Source: Gemmata obscuriglobus (GTDB lineage Bacteria; Planctomycetota; Planctomycetia; Gemmatales; Gemmataceae). From it: a DNA stretch of 32,000 nucleotides. Below are positions 24,536 through 32,000 of the stretch, piece after piece. The notes beneath the pieces were generated by a model that was not told where the DNA came from, did not search any database, and saw nothing but the letters and a program-made list of their open reading frames with translations. Each line of letters starts with the position of its first letter. Position 1 is the first letter of the stretch. The translations under genes and the position numbers were made by a program. The DNA lies in NCBI RefSeq assembly GCF_008065095.1, contig NZ_CP042911.1:8880001-8912000 (forward strand), in the 5' to 3' direction.

Positions 24536-24920
24536 GGCGTTCGTGTCCCTGCACGGGCCGGGCGCGAGTCCCCGGCGGCCCAAGGTTGAGTTCTGTGAAA
24601 GGCGCTCAAACGCGCTTCCAGACTGCGATTCTGCCGGACAACACGGACCTTGACAAGCGCGGAACGTCCACAAACAGCGGGAGTTCGGAAACTTGGAAAG
24701 GCGGTGGCGGTCCTACCGGTTATGTGGCGCCCGAGGTGAACCTTTCAGGTATTCTACCCCGGGCAGAACGCGCCTGCGCGACCACGTGTCGGGTTCGGGT
24801 CACAGTGAGGGAACCGGCGGCGTGTCGTGCGCGACGGCCGCGCACGGCGGCCACATTTGAGCTATAAGTAAACTAATCCGCGCGCCGATCCCTACCGGCG
24901 CTTACGGCCGGAGCGCTCAC

Positions 24921-26321
24921 ATGGCAGTCGAACCGCCGGTCCCGCAGCAACTCGGCAACTACGACATTACGTCGAAGATCGCCGAGGGCGGGATGGGCAC
25001 CGTGTATAAGGCCCGCAACCGCGCCACGGGCGAGGTTGTGGCCATAAAGGTCATCGCGCCGGCCACCGCCAAAAACCCGATCCTGCTCCAACGGTTCGAG
25101 CGCGAGTTCCTCGCGGCCAAGGTGCTCGACCACCCGAACGTCGTGCGGGCCCTCGACTACAGCGGCGCGCCGCCGCACCCGTTCCTGGTCATGGAGTTCG
25201 TGGACGGCCTGTCGATCGGCCAGTGCATTGAGCAGAAGGGTAAGTACGCCGAGGAAGAGGCGGTCCGGCTCGTCGCACAGGTGTGCGACGGGCTCCAGCG
25301 GGCGCACAAGCAAGGGTTGGTACACCGCGACGTCAAACCCGACAACATCCTCGTGGACAAAGAGGGCGTGGCGAAGCTCACCGACATGGGGTTGGTTAAG
25401 GAGGTCGAGGGCGATTTGAACCTGACCCGCACCGGGCGCGGGTTGGGCACACCGCACTACATGGCCCCCGAGCAGTTCCGGAACGCCAAAACGGTCGACG
25501 TGCGCGGCGACATCTACTCCCTGGGCGCCACCCTGTACGCGATGGTGACGGGTGTGGTCCCGTTCGACAACGCCAGCCCGCTCGACTGCTGGATGCGCAA
25601 AATCCGCAACGAGTTCCGCACCCCGAAAGAGCTGAACCCGGCCCTTTCCGACCGCGTGGACTGGGCGATCCGGCGCGCCATGAGTGCGGAACCGGCCCAG
25701 CGCCCGGCGAGTTGCCGCGAGTTCCTTGAGGACCTGACCGGCCAGAGCCGACCGTCCCAGCAAAACCCGAACCAGCAAGGCCAGCCCGCACCTGGGGCCG
25801 ACGTGTGGTATCTGGTGTACCGCGACGAGAACGAAAAGCCGCACACGGTAAAGGGCAGCACGGAGGGGATCCGCAACGCGCTGCGCGACAGCCTGCTCGG
25901 CGATCCGTCGGAAGTGCTGGTGAGCCGCACAAAGCACGGGCAGTTCACCCCGCTCGCGAGCGTGCCGGAGTTCCGCGACCTCGTGGTCACCCCCGCCCCG
26001 GTCGCGGTCCCGGCGGCCCGCACCCCCAACCCCGACGAAACGGTCGAATACCGCGAAGCAGCGGCCCCCGGCCCCACTTCCTCCGGAAACCTGGGCCGGC
26101 GCCCGGCCCCGAAAGCCTCCACCGCCCCGAAGCCCCCGCCCTACAGCTACAACAGCCCTTCGGGCGCGTACCCGCCACCCAAGGGTAGCCGTGAGCACAA
26201 GGTGCGGGTCGAAGCGCGCGCGCCTCGGGAAGAACCGAAACCGTTCAACTGGACCCCGGTGCTAGCGATCATCGTTCTGGTCCTCACCGCGATCATCGGA
26301 TACCTGGTCCTGGCGAAGTGA
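24921..26321 (+). CDS. Hanks-type Ser/Thr protein kinase with a GYF_2-like domain and a C-terminal transmembrane anchor
   Basis: 466-aa ORF. Kinase motifs are the Gly-loop region IAEGGMGTVYKA, VAIK, HRDVKPDNIL, DMG (in place of DFG) and GTPHYMAPE. A GYF_2/DUF4339-like segment follows (VWYLVYRDENEKPHTVKGSTEGIRNALRDSLLGDPSEVLVSRTKHGQFTPLASVPEFRDL). A Pro-rich linker leads to the terminal helix WTPVLAIIVLVLTAIIGYLVLAK. Confidence 0.93.
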   Translation: MAVEPPVPQQLGNYDITSKIAEGGMGTVYKARNRATGEVVAIKVIAPATAKNPILLQRFEREFLAAKVLDHPNVVRALDYSGAPPHPFLVMEFVDGLSIGQCIEQKGKYAEEEAVRLVAQVCDGLQRAHKQGLVHRDVKPDNILVDKEGVAKLTDMGLVKEVEGDLNLTRTGRGLGTPHYMAPEQFRNAKTVDVRGDIYSLGATLYAMVTGVVPFDNASPLDCWMRKIRNEFRTPKELNPALSDRVDWAIRRAMSAEPAQRPASCREFLEDLTGQSRPSQQNPNQQGQPAPGADVWYLVYRDENEKPHTVKGSTEGIRNALRDSLLGDPSEVLVSRTKHGQFTPLASVPEFRDLVVTPAPVAVPAARTPNPDETVEYREAAAPGPTSSGNLGRRPAPKASTAPKPPPYSYNSPSGAYPPPKGSREHKVRVEARAPREEPKPFNWTPVLAIIVLVLTAIIGYLVLAK

Positions 26322-26346
26322 CAACTCTCTGTGGAGCGCGGGCATC

Positions 26347-26583
26347 TTGCCCGCTTTTGCACCTGCCGTCGAACCGCACTCCCTCACGACGACCGTCACG
26401 CACCTCGTTTACGCAATCCGCCCCAGCAGCGCATTCGATCAACTACCGGTCCTCGCGGACGCGCTCCAGGACGCCGGCTGCGACGCCGAAGAGTTGCTCC
26501 GTCACTGCCGGCACGACACGGCCCACGGCCCGCACTGCTGGGCGATCGGAGCGGTGCTGGCGGTGCCCCCGCCTCCAAGCTGA
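26347..26583 (+). CDS. Small hypothetical protein with an LPVLADALQDAGCD...LRHCR...GPHCW module
   Basis: 78-aa ORF starting 25 nt after the kinase stop. The segment AFDQLPVLADALQDAGCDAEELLRHCRHDTAHGPHCW resembles, from memory, a short Cys/His-containing module recurrent in Gemmata and myxobacterial hypothetical proteins. This is not verifiable here. Confidence 0.45.
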   Translation: MPAFAPAVEPHSLTTTVTHLVYAIRPSSAFDQLPVLADALQDAGCDAEELLRHCRHDTAHGPHCWAIGAVLAVPPPPS

Positions 26584-26749
26584 ACAACCAACGCCAATTG
26601 CCTTAAGCTGAAGCATTAATCCCAATGCCCCCTTTCCGGGGCCGTCATCCAGAGCGGCTAACTTCACCTTTTTTTCGCCACGGGGTGTCGCTAATGTCCG
26701 CGCCGTCGGGGAGAGATAGAGAAGGCTTCTCAGGAAGGGGCGTGGGTTT

Positions 26750-27553
26750 ATGCGTCGAGCAACGGCGTGGATCGTCGTGGTCGGCGTCGCGTGTCTCGGG
26801 ACCCCGGCGTCGGCCGCGGCCGACACGATCGACGGGTTCTGGGTGTCGATCGCCTCCGGCGTGGCGGGGTCGTCCACCGCGACCGGGTACCAGGACTTGT
26901 GGTTCGAGACCCCGCACGGACCGCCGCCTATAGCGGTGACCCAATTGACGGGTGGAAACGTCGAAGCCACTACCGGCGGCGGGAGCAGTTTTTTCACCGG
27001 CGGTGCGGTTCCCGTGGTGCTGCCCACCACTGACGGCTACGCGTACCTCGCGGGCGGCGCCAAGCCCAGCGACCTCAGCGACGCTCTGAAGCGCCAAACG
27101 AGTGGCGGGCAAGGGCTCGCGACCGCGGCCCCGGACGCGACCGCGACCACCCCCCCGGAGAACGCGGCGCTCTTGACCGCCAACCTCGGCGACCCGGACA
27201 CCAACGGCACCCGTGCCCTCACCGTCACACTCACCGATGCTGCGTCGAATCCGATCGGGACCGGAACCGTGACCGTCCCCGACGGCGGCTGGTGGGTCAT
27301 CGGCCTCGGGCCGGGCACAAAGGAACAGTCGGGTGGCGGTGGCGACAACGGCGGTGGTGGGAACAATGGCGGCGGTGGAGACGGTGGCAACGGTGGTGGT
27401 GGGAACAATGGCGGCGGTGGGGACGGTGGCGGGAACAATGGCGGCGGTGGCGGGCCGGTCGCGACGCCCGAACCGGCAACGGGGGTGCTCCTGGGCATCG
27501 GCGGGTTGGGCGCGGCCGGGTGGAGGCTCGTGAAGCGCCGACGCGGCAACTGA
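26750..27553 (+). CDS. PEP-CTERM sorting-domain protein with a Gly/Asn/Asp low-complexity region
   Basis: 267-aa ORF with signal-like MRRATAWIVVVGVACLGTPASAAA. The C-terminal PEP-CTERM motif is TPEPATGVLLGIGGLGAAGWRLVKRRRGN (PEP, hydrophobic helix, Arg cluster). It is preceded by GGGGDNGGGGNNGGGGDGGNGGGGNNGGGGDGGGNNGGGGG. Confidence 0.9.
   Translation: MRRATAWIVVVGVACLGTPASAAADTIDGFWVSIASGVAGSSTATGYQDLWFETPHGPPPIAVTQLTGGNVEATTGGGSSFFTGGAVPVVLPTTDGYAYLAGGAKPSDLSDALKRQTSGGQGLATAAPDATATTPPENAALLTANLGDPDTNGTRALTVTLTDAASNPIGTGTVTVPDGGWWVIGLGPGTKEQSGGGGDNGGGGNNGGGGDGGNGGGGNNGGGGDGGGNNGGGGGPVATPEPATGVLLGIGGLGAAGWRLVKRRRGN
27331..27456 (+). repeat. Imperfect in-frame tandem DNA repeat encoding the Gly/Asn/Asp tract
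   Basis: ggtgggaacaatggcggcggtgg occurs at 27356-27378 and 27398-27420. A one-mismatch copy (ggcgggaacaatggcggcggtgg) lies at 27428-27450. The spacings of 42 and 30 nt are both multiples of 3. These copies are embedded in ggY-rich sequence. Confidence 0.85.
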
Positions 27554-27747
27554 TTCCCCTCCCCGACACGGAGCACATTTGAAGCACGGCCCTCGGGCCG
27601 TGCTTCCTGTTTTCCCGGCCCGCATCGGACGGGCCGATGCCTTCCCTTCGCGGCCCCCGCTGGAAACGCCCCTTCCGGTCCCTAATGATGTCTCCGAGGG
27701 CCGCTTCGGCGCGGCCCGCAACTTTGTGTTCACCAACGGAGACACAT

Positions 27748-28344
27748 ATGCCGGCTCAGGTCACGAAGGAAGCCCCGGACTTCACCGCGAAGGCAGTCGT
27801 CAACGGCCAGATCGTTAACGAGTACAAGCTGTCCAGCACCCGCGGCAAGTACACCATCCTGTTCTTCTACCCGCTCGACTTCACCTTCGTGTGCCCGACC
27901 GAGATCATCGCGTTCAGCGACCGGATCGCCGAGTTCGAGAAGCGCAACTGCCAGGTGGTCGGGGTGTCGGTGGACAGCCAGTACTCGCACCTCGCGTGGA
28001 TCGAAACCCCGCGCGCCAAGGGGGGCCTGGGCGAACTCAAGTACCCGCTGGTGGCCGACCTGACGAAAACCATCAGCACCGACTACGGCGTGCTGCTCGA
28101 GGGCGCGGGGGTGGCACTCCGCGGGCTGTTCCTGATTGACACGAAGGGCATCATCCGCCACATCACCATCAACGACCTGCCGCTGGGCCGCAGCGTCGAT
28201 GAGGCGATCCGGGTGCTGGACGCGCTCCAGTTCTTCGAGAAAAACGGCGAAGTGTGCCCGGCCGACTGGAAGCCCGGCGCGATGACGATCAACACGAACA
28301 ACGCAAAGGAATATTTCGAGAAGGCCGCGGCTGGTCAGAAGTAA
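27748..28344 (+). CDS. Typical 2-Cys peroxiredoxin (AhpC/Prx1 subfamily)
   Basis: From ATG at 27748 the protein starts [17 protein letters not shown]. The peroxidatic Cys motif is [14 protein letters not shown] and the resolving Cys motif is GEVCPADW. It is 198 aa. The upstream part of the track ORF (27637-) is not Prx-like. Confidence 0.95.
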   Translation: MPAQVTKEAPDFTAKAVVNGQIVNEYKLSSTRGKYTILFFYPLDFTFVCPTEIIAFSDRIAEFEKRNCQVVGVSVDSQYSHLAWIETPRAKGGLGELKYPLVADLTKTISTDYGVLLEGAGVALRGLFLIDTKGIIRHITINDLPLGRSVDEAIRVLDALQFFEKNGEVCPADWKPGAMTINTNNAKEYFEKAAAGQK

Positions 28345-28355
28345 GTACAAGCGAT

Positions 28356-28380
28356 CCGGCGCCGCAAACCGCGGCGCCGG
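28356..28380 (+). terminator. GC-rich hairpin 12 nt after the peroxiredoxin stop
   Basis: ccggcgccgc (28356-28365) pairs perfectly with gcggcgccgg (28371-28380) around a 5-nt loop. No U-run follows. Confidence 0.45.
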
Positions 28381-28653
28381 GTACTCAATTCGCACACCCG
28401 GCGCCGACTTCAGCCCACGCAATACTCGAAGCAACTACTCACACCTTCGCGTCTTACGCCGCCTCTGATCCGGTGCTCGTGTCCCGTTGTACTGACGGGT
28501 GAGTTCTGCCCGCACCTCTCATGCGTCCTGGCCCGCCGCCTTCACAATTTGCACACAAAACCCTCTCGAAATCCTGATGTGACTTTCACGCTAGTGAAAG
28601 TAAGAAATTGCTTCCGGACACAGTGGTCGTCCTTATTTCGTTTGAGAGCTAAT

Positions 28654-29562
28654 ATGTCCCAGTTCCGGCGTCGCGCGTTTACGCTGATCGAGTTGTTGGT
28701 GGTGATCGCGATCATTGCGATCCTGATCGGGCTCCTCCTGCCGGCCGTTCAGAAAGTACGCGAAGCCGCTGCCCGGATGAGCTGCCAGAACAACCTCAAG
28801 CAGTTCGGCCTAGCAATTCACAACTACGCGAACACAAATGACAACAAGTTCCCGGCCACGCGGGTGACGGTCGGCGGGGACGCTAAGTTCCGCGCCTGGA
28901 CCCCACTCGCCCTACCGTACGTCGAGCAGGACAACGTCGCCAAGCAGTGGAACTTCACGGTCAAGTGGAACCAGGGTACGAACCTGCCCGTGTCCCAGAC
29001 CTCCTTCAAGCTGTTCAAGTGTCCGTCTGCCCCGGACTCGCGGCGGCAAGGGACGTACGGCGCGCTGGGTCTGGGCGACTACGGCACCATGAACGCGGTG
29101 CGGCGCCGGTTCTACACGGCCAACAGCATCCCGAACTTCCCGGTGGCCGGCACCGCCGCCGGCGACGAGGCCAACGGGGCGATGGCCAAGGTCACCGACA
29201 CGCCGATCGTCGGCGTTACCGACGGCACGTCCAACACCATCCTCCTGGCTGAGGACGCCGGGCGCCCGAACCTGTTCCAAAAGGGCAAGGACCTCGGCAC
29301 CAACACCGCAGACGGGCACGGCTGGGCGGACCCGGACGGCGTCGGCATCAGCCTCGACGGCGTCCAGGCCAACCTGGTCACCACCGGAGGCACCTGCTTC
29401 ATTAACTGCACCAACGACAGCGAAGTCTACGCGTTCCACTCCGGCGGCACCAACGTCCTGATGGGCGACGGAAGTGTGCGATTCATCCGCGAAGGGATCT
29501 CGGCCGCTACGTTCGCGGCTCTGGTCACCGCCAGCGCCGGTGATATCCCGGGCGACTTCTAA
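28654..29562 (+). CDS. DUF1559 / H-X9-DG protein with a prepilin-type N-terminal cleavage/methylation domain
   Basis: From ATG at 28654 the protein starts [50 protein letters not shown], a class III signal. The C-terminal H-X9-DG motif is [17 protein letters not shown]. It is 302 aa. Confidence 0.93.
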   Translation: MSQFRRRAFTLIELLVVIAIIAILIGLLLPAVQKVREAAARMSCQNNLKQFGLAIHNYANTNDNKFPATRVTVGGDAKFRAWTPLALPYVEQDNVAKQWNFTVKWNQGTNLPVSQTSFKLFKCPSAPDSRRQGTYGALGLGDYGTMNAVRRRFYTANSIPNFPVAGTAAGDEANGAMAKVTDTPIVGVTDGTSNTILLAEDAGRPNLFQKGKDLGTNTADGHGWADPDGVGISLDGVQANLVTTGGTCFINCTNDSEVYAFHSGGTNVLMGDGSVRFIREGISAATFAALVTASAGDIPGDF

Positions 29563-29582
29563 ACCACCACGCATGCTGACCA

Positions 29583-29614
29583 CGCCGCCCGAAGTTCGGG
29601 CGGCGTTTTTATTT
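29583..29614 (+). terminator. Canonical rho-independent terminator
   Basis: cgccgcccgaa (29583-29593) pairs with ttcgggcggcg (29595-29605). This is followed immediately by tttttattt. The hairpin starts 21 nt after the DUF1559 stop. Confidence 0.8.
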
Positions 29615-29633
29615 CCCCCCTCAGATCTCATCC

Positions 29634-30875
29634 ATGTTGCGACCGCGCACGTTTACCGCTTGCTTGCTACTCGCCGCGTGTGCCTCCGCGGCACAAGCGG
29701 ATGTTGCCCTCATCGGGGTAGGCACGATCCCCGGCGACGCGGCCGACCTCTCGGGGCTCAAAGGCAAAACCAGCGACGGCACGCCGCACAACCGGCTCGG
29801 CGGAATGGGGTCCGCCATCGCGTACACCGGCCAGGGGAATGAATACCTCCTCGTGTCCGATCGCGGACCGAAGGACGGTGCGACGGACTTCGTGTGCCGC
29901 TGGCACCAAATGGAAGTCGGCGTTGCTCCGGGCGCGAAAACGCCCGTCACGCTTAAACTCACTGCGACCACGCTGCTGACCAACGAGAGCGGCAAGCGGT
30001 TCGTCGGCTCGCTCGACGCGTTCGAGCACACGGCCCCGGCGAAAAACCTGCGTTTGGACCCTGAAGGCGCACGGGTCGGGCGCGACGGAACCGTGCACCT
30101 CTCAGACGAGTACGGTCCGGGGCTGTACGCGTTCAACCAAAGCGGTACGCGGGTCGCGAGTTTGCCAATGCCGGCTCACTTCTTGGCGCCGAAACCCGGG
30201 AAGATGCCGGCTGACGAATTACCGCCGAAGAGCGCATCGGGCCGGCAACCGAATCGCGGCATGGAAGGGCTCGCAATTTCCCCGGACGGCAAAAAGCTGT
30301 TCGGGATCATGCAAAGCCCGCTCATCCAGGACGGCGCACTCGACGACAAAAACAACCGCACGGGCCTCAACTGCCGCATCCTCGAACTCGACCTCACGAC
30401 CCAGAAATCTCGCGAGTTCGTGTACCCGCTCGAAAACGCCGGGTACGGCGTGAATGAGATCCTGGCGGTCAACGATCACGAGTTCCTCGTGCTGGAGCGA
30501 GACGGCAAAGGCGGTAACGAAGCCGAGTTCAAGCGGCTCTATCTGATCGATCTGACGGACGCGACTGACGTGAGCGCAGTGGCCGCGCTACCTGCGAAGG
30601 GCTTGCCCGGAGCCGTAAAGTCTGTGAAGAAAAAGCCGTTCCTGGACCTGCTCGCGAAGAAGTACGGAATCGCGGGGCCGGAATGCCCCGAAAAGTTCGA
30701 GGGGTTGGCGTTCGGCCCCGACCTGCCCGACGGGCGCCGACTGCTACTCGTGACCGCAGACAACGACTTTCTCGCGAACAAGCCGTTCCGGGTGTATGCG
30801 TTCGCGGTGGATCGGGGCGAATTGCCGGGCTTCCGGCCGCAGCAGTTCGATCCGCAGCCACTCAAGAAGCGTTAG
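29634..30875 (+). CDS. Secreted esterase-like activity of phytase family (beta-propeller-like) protein
   Basis: 413-aa ORF with signal-like MLRPRTFTACLLLAACASAAQA. The blocks LLVSDRGP, DPEGARVGRDGTVHLSDEYGPGLYAF, NRGMEGLAISPDGKKLFGIMQSPLIQDG and KFEGLAF are typical of the phytase-like esterase family (PF13449-type). Confidence 0.8.
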   Translation: MLRPRTFTACLLLAACASAAQADVALIGVGTIPGDAADLSGLKGKTSDGTPHNRLGGMGSAIAYTGQGNEYLLVSDRGPKDGATDFVCRWHQMEVGVAPGAKTPVTLKLTATTLLTNESGKRFVGSLDAFEHTAPAKNLRLDPEGARVGRDGTVHLSDEYGPGLYAFNQSGTRVASLPMPAHFLAPKPGKMPADELPPKSASGRQPNRGMEGLAISPDGKKLFGIMQSPLIQDGALDDKNNRTGLNCRILELDLTTQKSREFVYPLENAGYGVNEILAVNDHEFLVLERDGKGGNEAEFKRLYLIDLTDATDVSAVAALPAKGLPGAVKSVKKKPFLDLLAKKYGIAGPECPEKFEGLAFGPDLPDGRRLLLVTADNDFLANKPFRVYAFAVDRGELPGFRPQQFDPQPLKKR

Positions 30876-30901
30876 CCGCCGGCCGTGCCCCGTACATACG
30901 C

Positions 30902-31888
30902 TCAGCGGCCGAGGTGCAACAACAATTCACGCTGCCGTAACGCCTGGAGCCGCTTCAGCCCGCCGCACCGCTCCAGGTACTCTGTGAAGTCACTCACGCC
31001 GAAAAGGTGATCGTCCAGGAACTGCGCGTGAGCGGCAGGGTCCTTCTCGACTTCCATCCAGAGTTTGAGGTGTTCCTCGTCCGAGAAGTACTCACCCGGC
31101 ATGTTCCCGGGGTACGACCCGTAGGGCACCTCGCACACCGCGTCCACGCACAGGAACGGGATCTGTGTCCGGTGCGGGTCGCGGCGCATCTCGTCGTGCG
31201 GCACCAACCGCTCGCAGGTGATAATGACCTTCTTCGCCGCTCGCGCGAGGTCCACGTCGGCGACCGAGGTGCCGCTGAAGCGACAGTTGCCGTACCGGTC
31301 GGCCTCGTGAACGTGGATCGCCGCCACATCGGGATACAGGGCCGGCACCGCGACCAGTTTCTCGCCGGTAAACGGGCACTGAATTTCCTTCGCCGGGCCG
31401 TGTGCGAGCGTGTCGGTCCCGAGCAGCGAGCGGGCCGGAACGAACGGCACACCCATCGCGGCCGCGGTGTACCGCAGCGCGAGTGTGTAGTTCGACCACT
31501 CCGCCACGTCCAGCGCCCCTGACTCCATTACACGCCGGGCGTGGGCCGACAGCCCCCGCGCCTCCAGACCGACGACGTAAGCCGCGTCGACGCGATTGAG
31601 CAACTGCCCGCGGCCCGTCAGGTTGCCGGCGCAGAGGATCTGGAAGTCGTGGGTGGTCGTATGACCCGAAAACCCGAGGTTCTGCCGCCTCTGGCGGACG
31701 ATCTCGTGGCACACCGCCGTCGGGATGCGGTTCGCCCCGAACCCGCCGGTGGCGAAGTAATCGCCGTCGCGCACGAAGCGCGAAACGGCTTCGCTCACGG
31801 ACATTATTTTGTCGACAAGGCCGCGCGGCTTGGCCGCAAACGCGGCCCTCGCCTCGTCGGACGCGGGAGAGGTGAAGAGGGTAGTCAT
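30902..31888 (-). CDS. CoA-transferase family I, subunit A-like (glutaconate/3-oxoacid CoA-transferase type)
   Basis: From ATG at 31888 the protein reads MTTLFTS...KIMSVSEAVSRFVRDGDYFATGGFGANRIPTAVCHEIVRQ.., the typical subunit A N-terminal block (..ea...i.dGd.i..gGF......P.al..el.r). It is 328 aa. The upstream 36 codons of the track ORF are not family-like. Confidence 0.8.
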   Translation of the reverse strand: MTTLFTSPASDEARAAFAAKPRGLVDKIMSVSEAVSRFVRDGDYFATGGFGANRIPTAVCHEIVRQRRQNLGFSGHTTTHDFQILCAGNLTGRGQLLNRVDAAYVVGLEARGLSAHARRVMESGALDVAEWSNYTLALRYTAAAMGVPFVPARSLLGTDTLAHGPAKEIQCPFTGEKLVAVPALYPDVAAIHVHEADRYGNCRFSGTSVADVDLARAAKKVIITCERLVPHDEMRRDPHRTQIPFLCVDAVCEVPYGSYPGNMPGEYFSDEEHLKLWMEVEKDPAAHAQFLDDHLFGVSDFTEYLERCGGLKRLQALRQRELLLHLGR

Positions 31889-32000
31889 GCAGAAGAATTT
31901 ACCCTCCGGTCGGCACGAGCGGGCAGAGATTTTAAAGGCAAAAGAACGGCTCTTTGTCTTTGAAATTTCCGCCCGTCCGCACCGACCAGATGGCAAATTT

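Noticed and set aside
21448-24589. 286-aa and 726-aa plus-strand ORFs covering the coiled-coil cluster
   Set aside because: The minus-strand frames give N-terminal TM helices, Lys/Glu/Gln-rich heptads and sensible starts. The plus-strand frames are Arg/Gly/Pro/Leu-rich with no features. Strand choice is still the main risk for this cluster, and expression data would settle it.
24650-24678. TTGACA hexamer in the kinase/cluster divergent region as a promoter -35
   Set aside because: No acceptable -10 hexamer follows at 16-18 nt spacing (aacagc and its neighbours). The only A+T-rich patch (24854-24878, tataag/taaact) lacks a matching -35. Neither was reported as a feature.
24873-26198. 441-aa minus-strand ORF over the kinase gene
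   Set aside because: The plus-strand frame contains all the Hanks kinase motifs. The minus-strand frame has no motifs and shadow-ORF composition.
27331-27456. Short repeated units considered as a possible CRISPR-like array
   Set aside because: The repeats are in-frame and G-rich, with periods of 30-42 nt and no unique spacers. They lie inside a well-supported CDS and encode a Gly/Asn/Asp tract. No cas genes are present in the window.
26645-27745. 366-aa minus-strand ORF over the PEP-CTERM gene and the peroxiredoxin leader
   Set aside because: The plus strand gives a signal peptide and a textbook PEP-CTERM terminus. The minus-strand product is Arg/Gly/Pro/Ala low-complexity.

Overview
This is a G+C-rich, gene-dense window with no rRNA, tRNA, CRISPR array, transposase or integrase that I can see. 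The gene content points to a Planctomycetota (Gemmataceae-like) chromosome. That content includes a PSCyt1/DUF1549/DUF1553 giant protein paired with a Tat-exported DUF1501 protein, a DUF1559 H-X9-DG pseudopilin, a PEP-CTERM protein, many Sec/Tat-exported hydrolases and a Ser/Thr kinase.

Layout:
- 1-4874 (minus strand): S10-type ribosomal protein operon, rpsJ-rplD-rplW-rplB-rpsS-rplV-rpsC-rplP(5' part). rplC is missing and the intergenic spacers are unusually long.
- 5080-13257: exported met-zincin, a permuted papain-like (C92) protein, and the PSCyt1-DUF1549-LamG-DUF1553 plus DUF1501 pair.
- 13450-17782 (minus strand): a tightly spaced string of membrane protein, CocE/NonD S15 peptidase, a Phd-like antitoxin with a PIN-like partner whose catalytic acids look substituted, and an aldo/keto reductase.
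- 17861-20967: AP-superfamily phosphodiesterase, a Tat-exported xylose-isomerase-like TIM barrel, and a GNAT.
- 21042-24535 (minus strand): four consecutive single-pass membrane proteins, three of them long coiled-coil proteins with related N-terminal anchors. I recognise no family for any of them. They are transcribed divergently from a tail-anchored Ser/Thr kinase with a GYF-like domain (24921-26321). This is my best candidate for an undescribed system.
- 26347-31888: a small Cys/His-containing protein, a PEP-CTERM protein with a Gly/Asn/Asp repeat, a 2-Cys peroxiredoxin, a DUF1559 pseudopilin, a phytase-like esterase and a CoA-transferase subunit.

Three of the four convergent intergenic gaps carry long palindromic elements (13294-13415, 19274-19410, 20972-21015). 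Many very long ORFs in the track are antisense shadow ORFs typical of high-GC DNA, and I rejected them.
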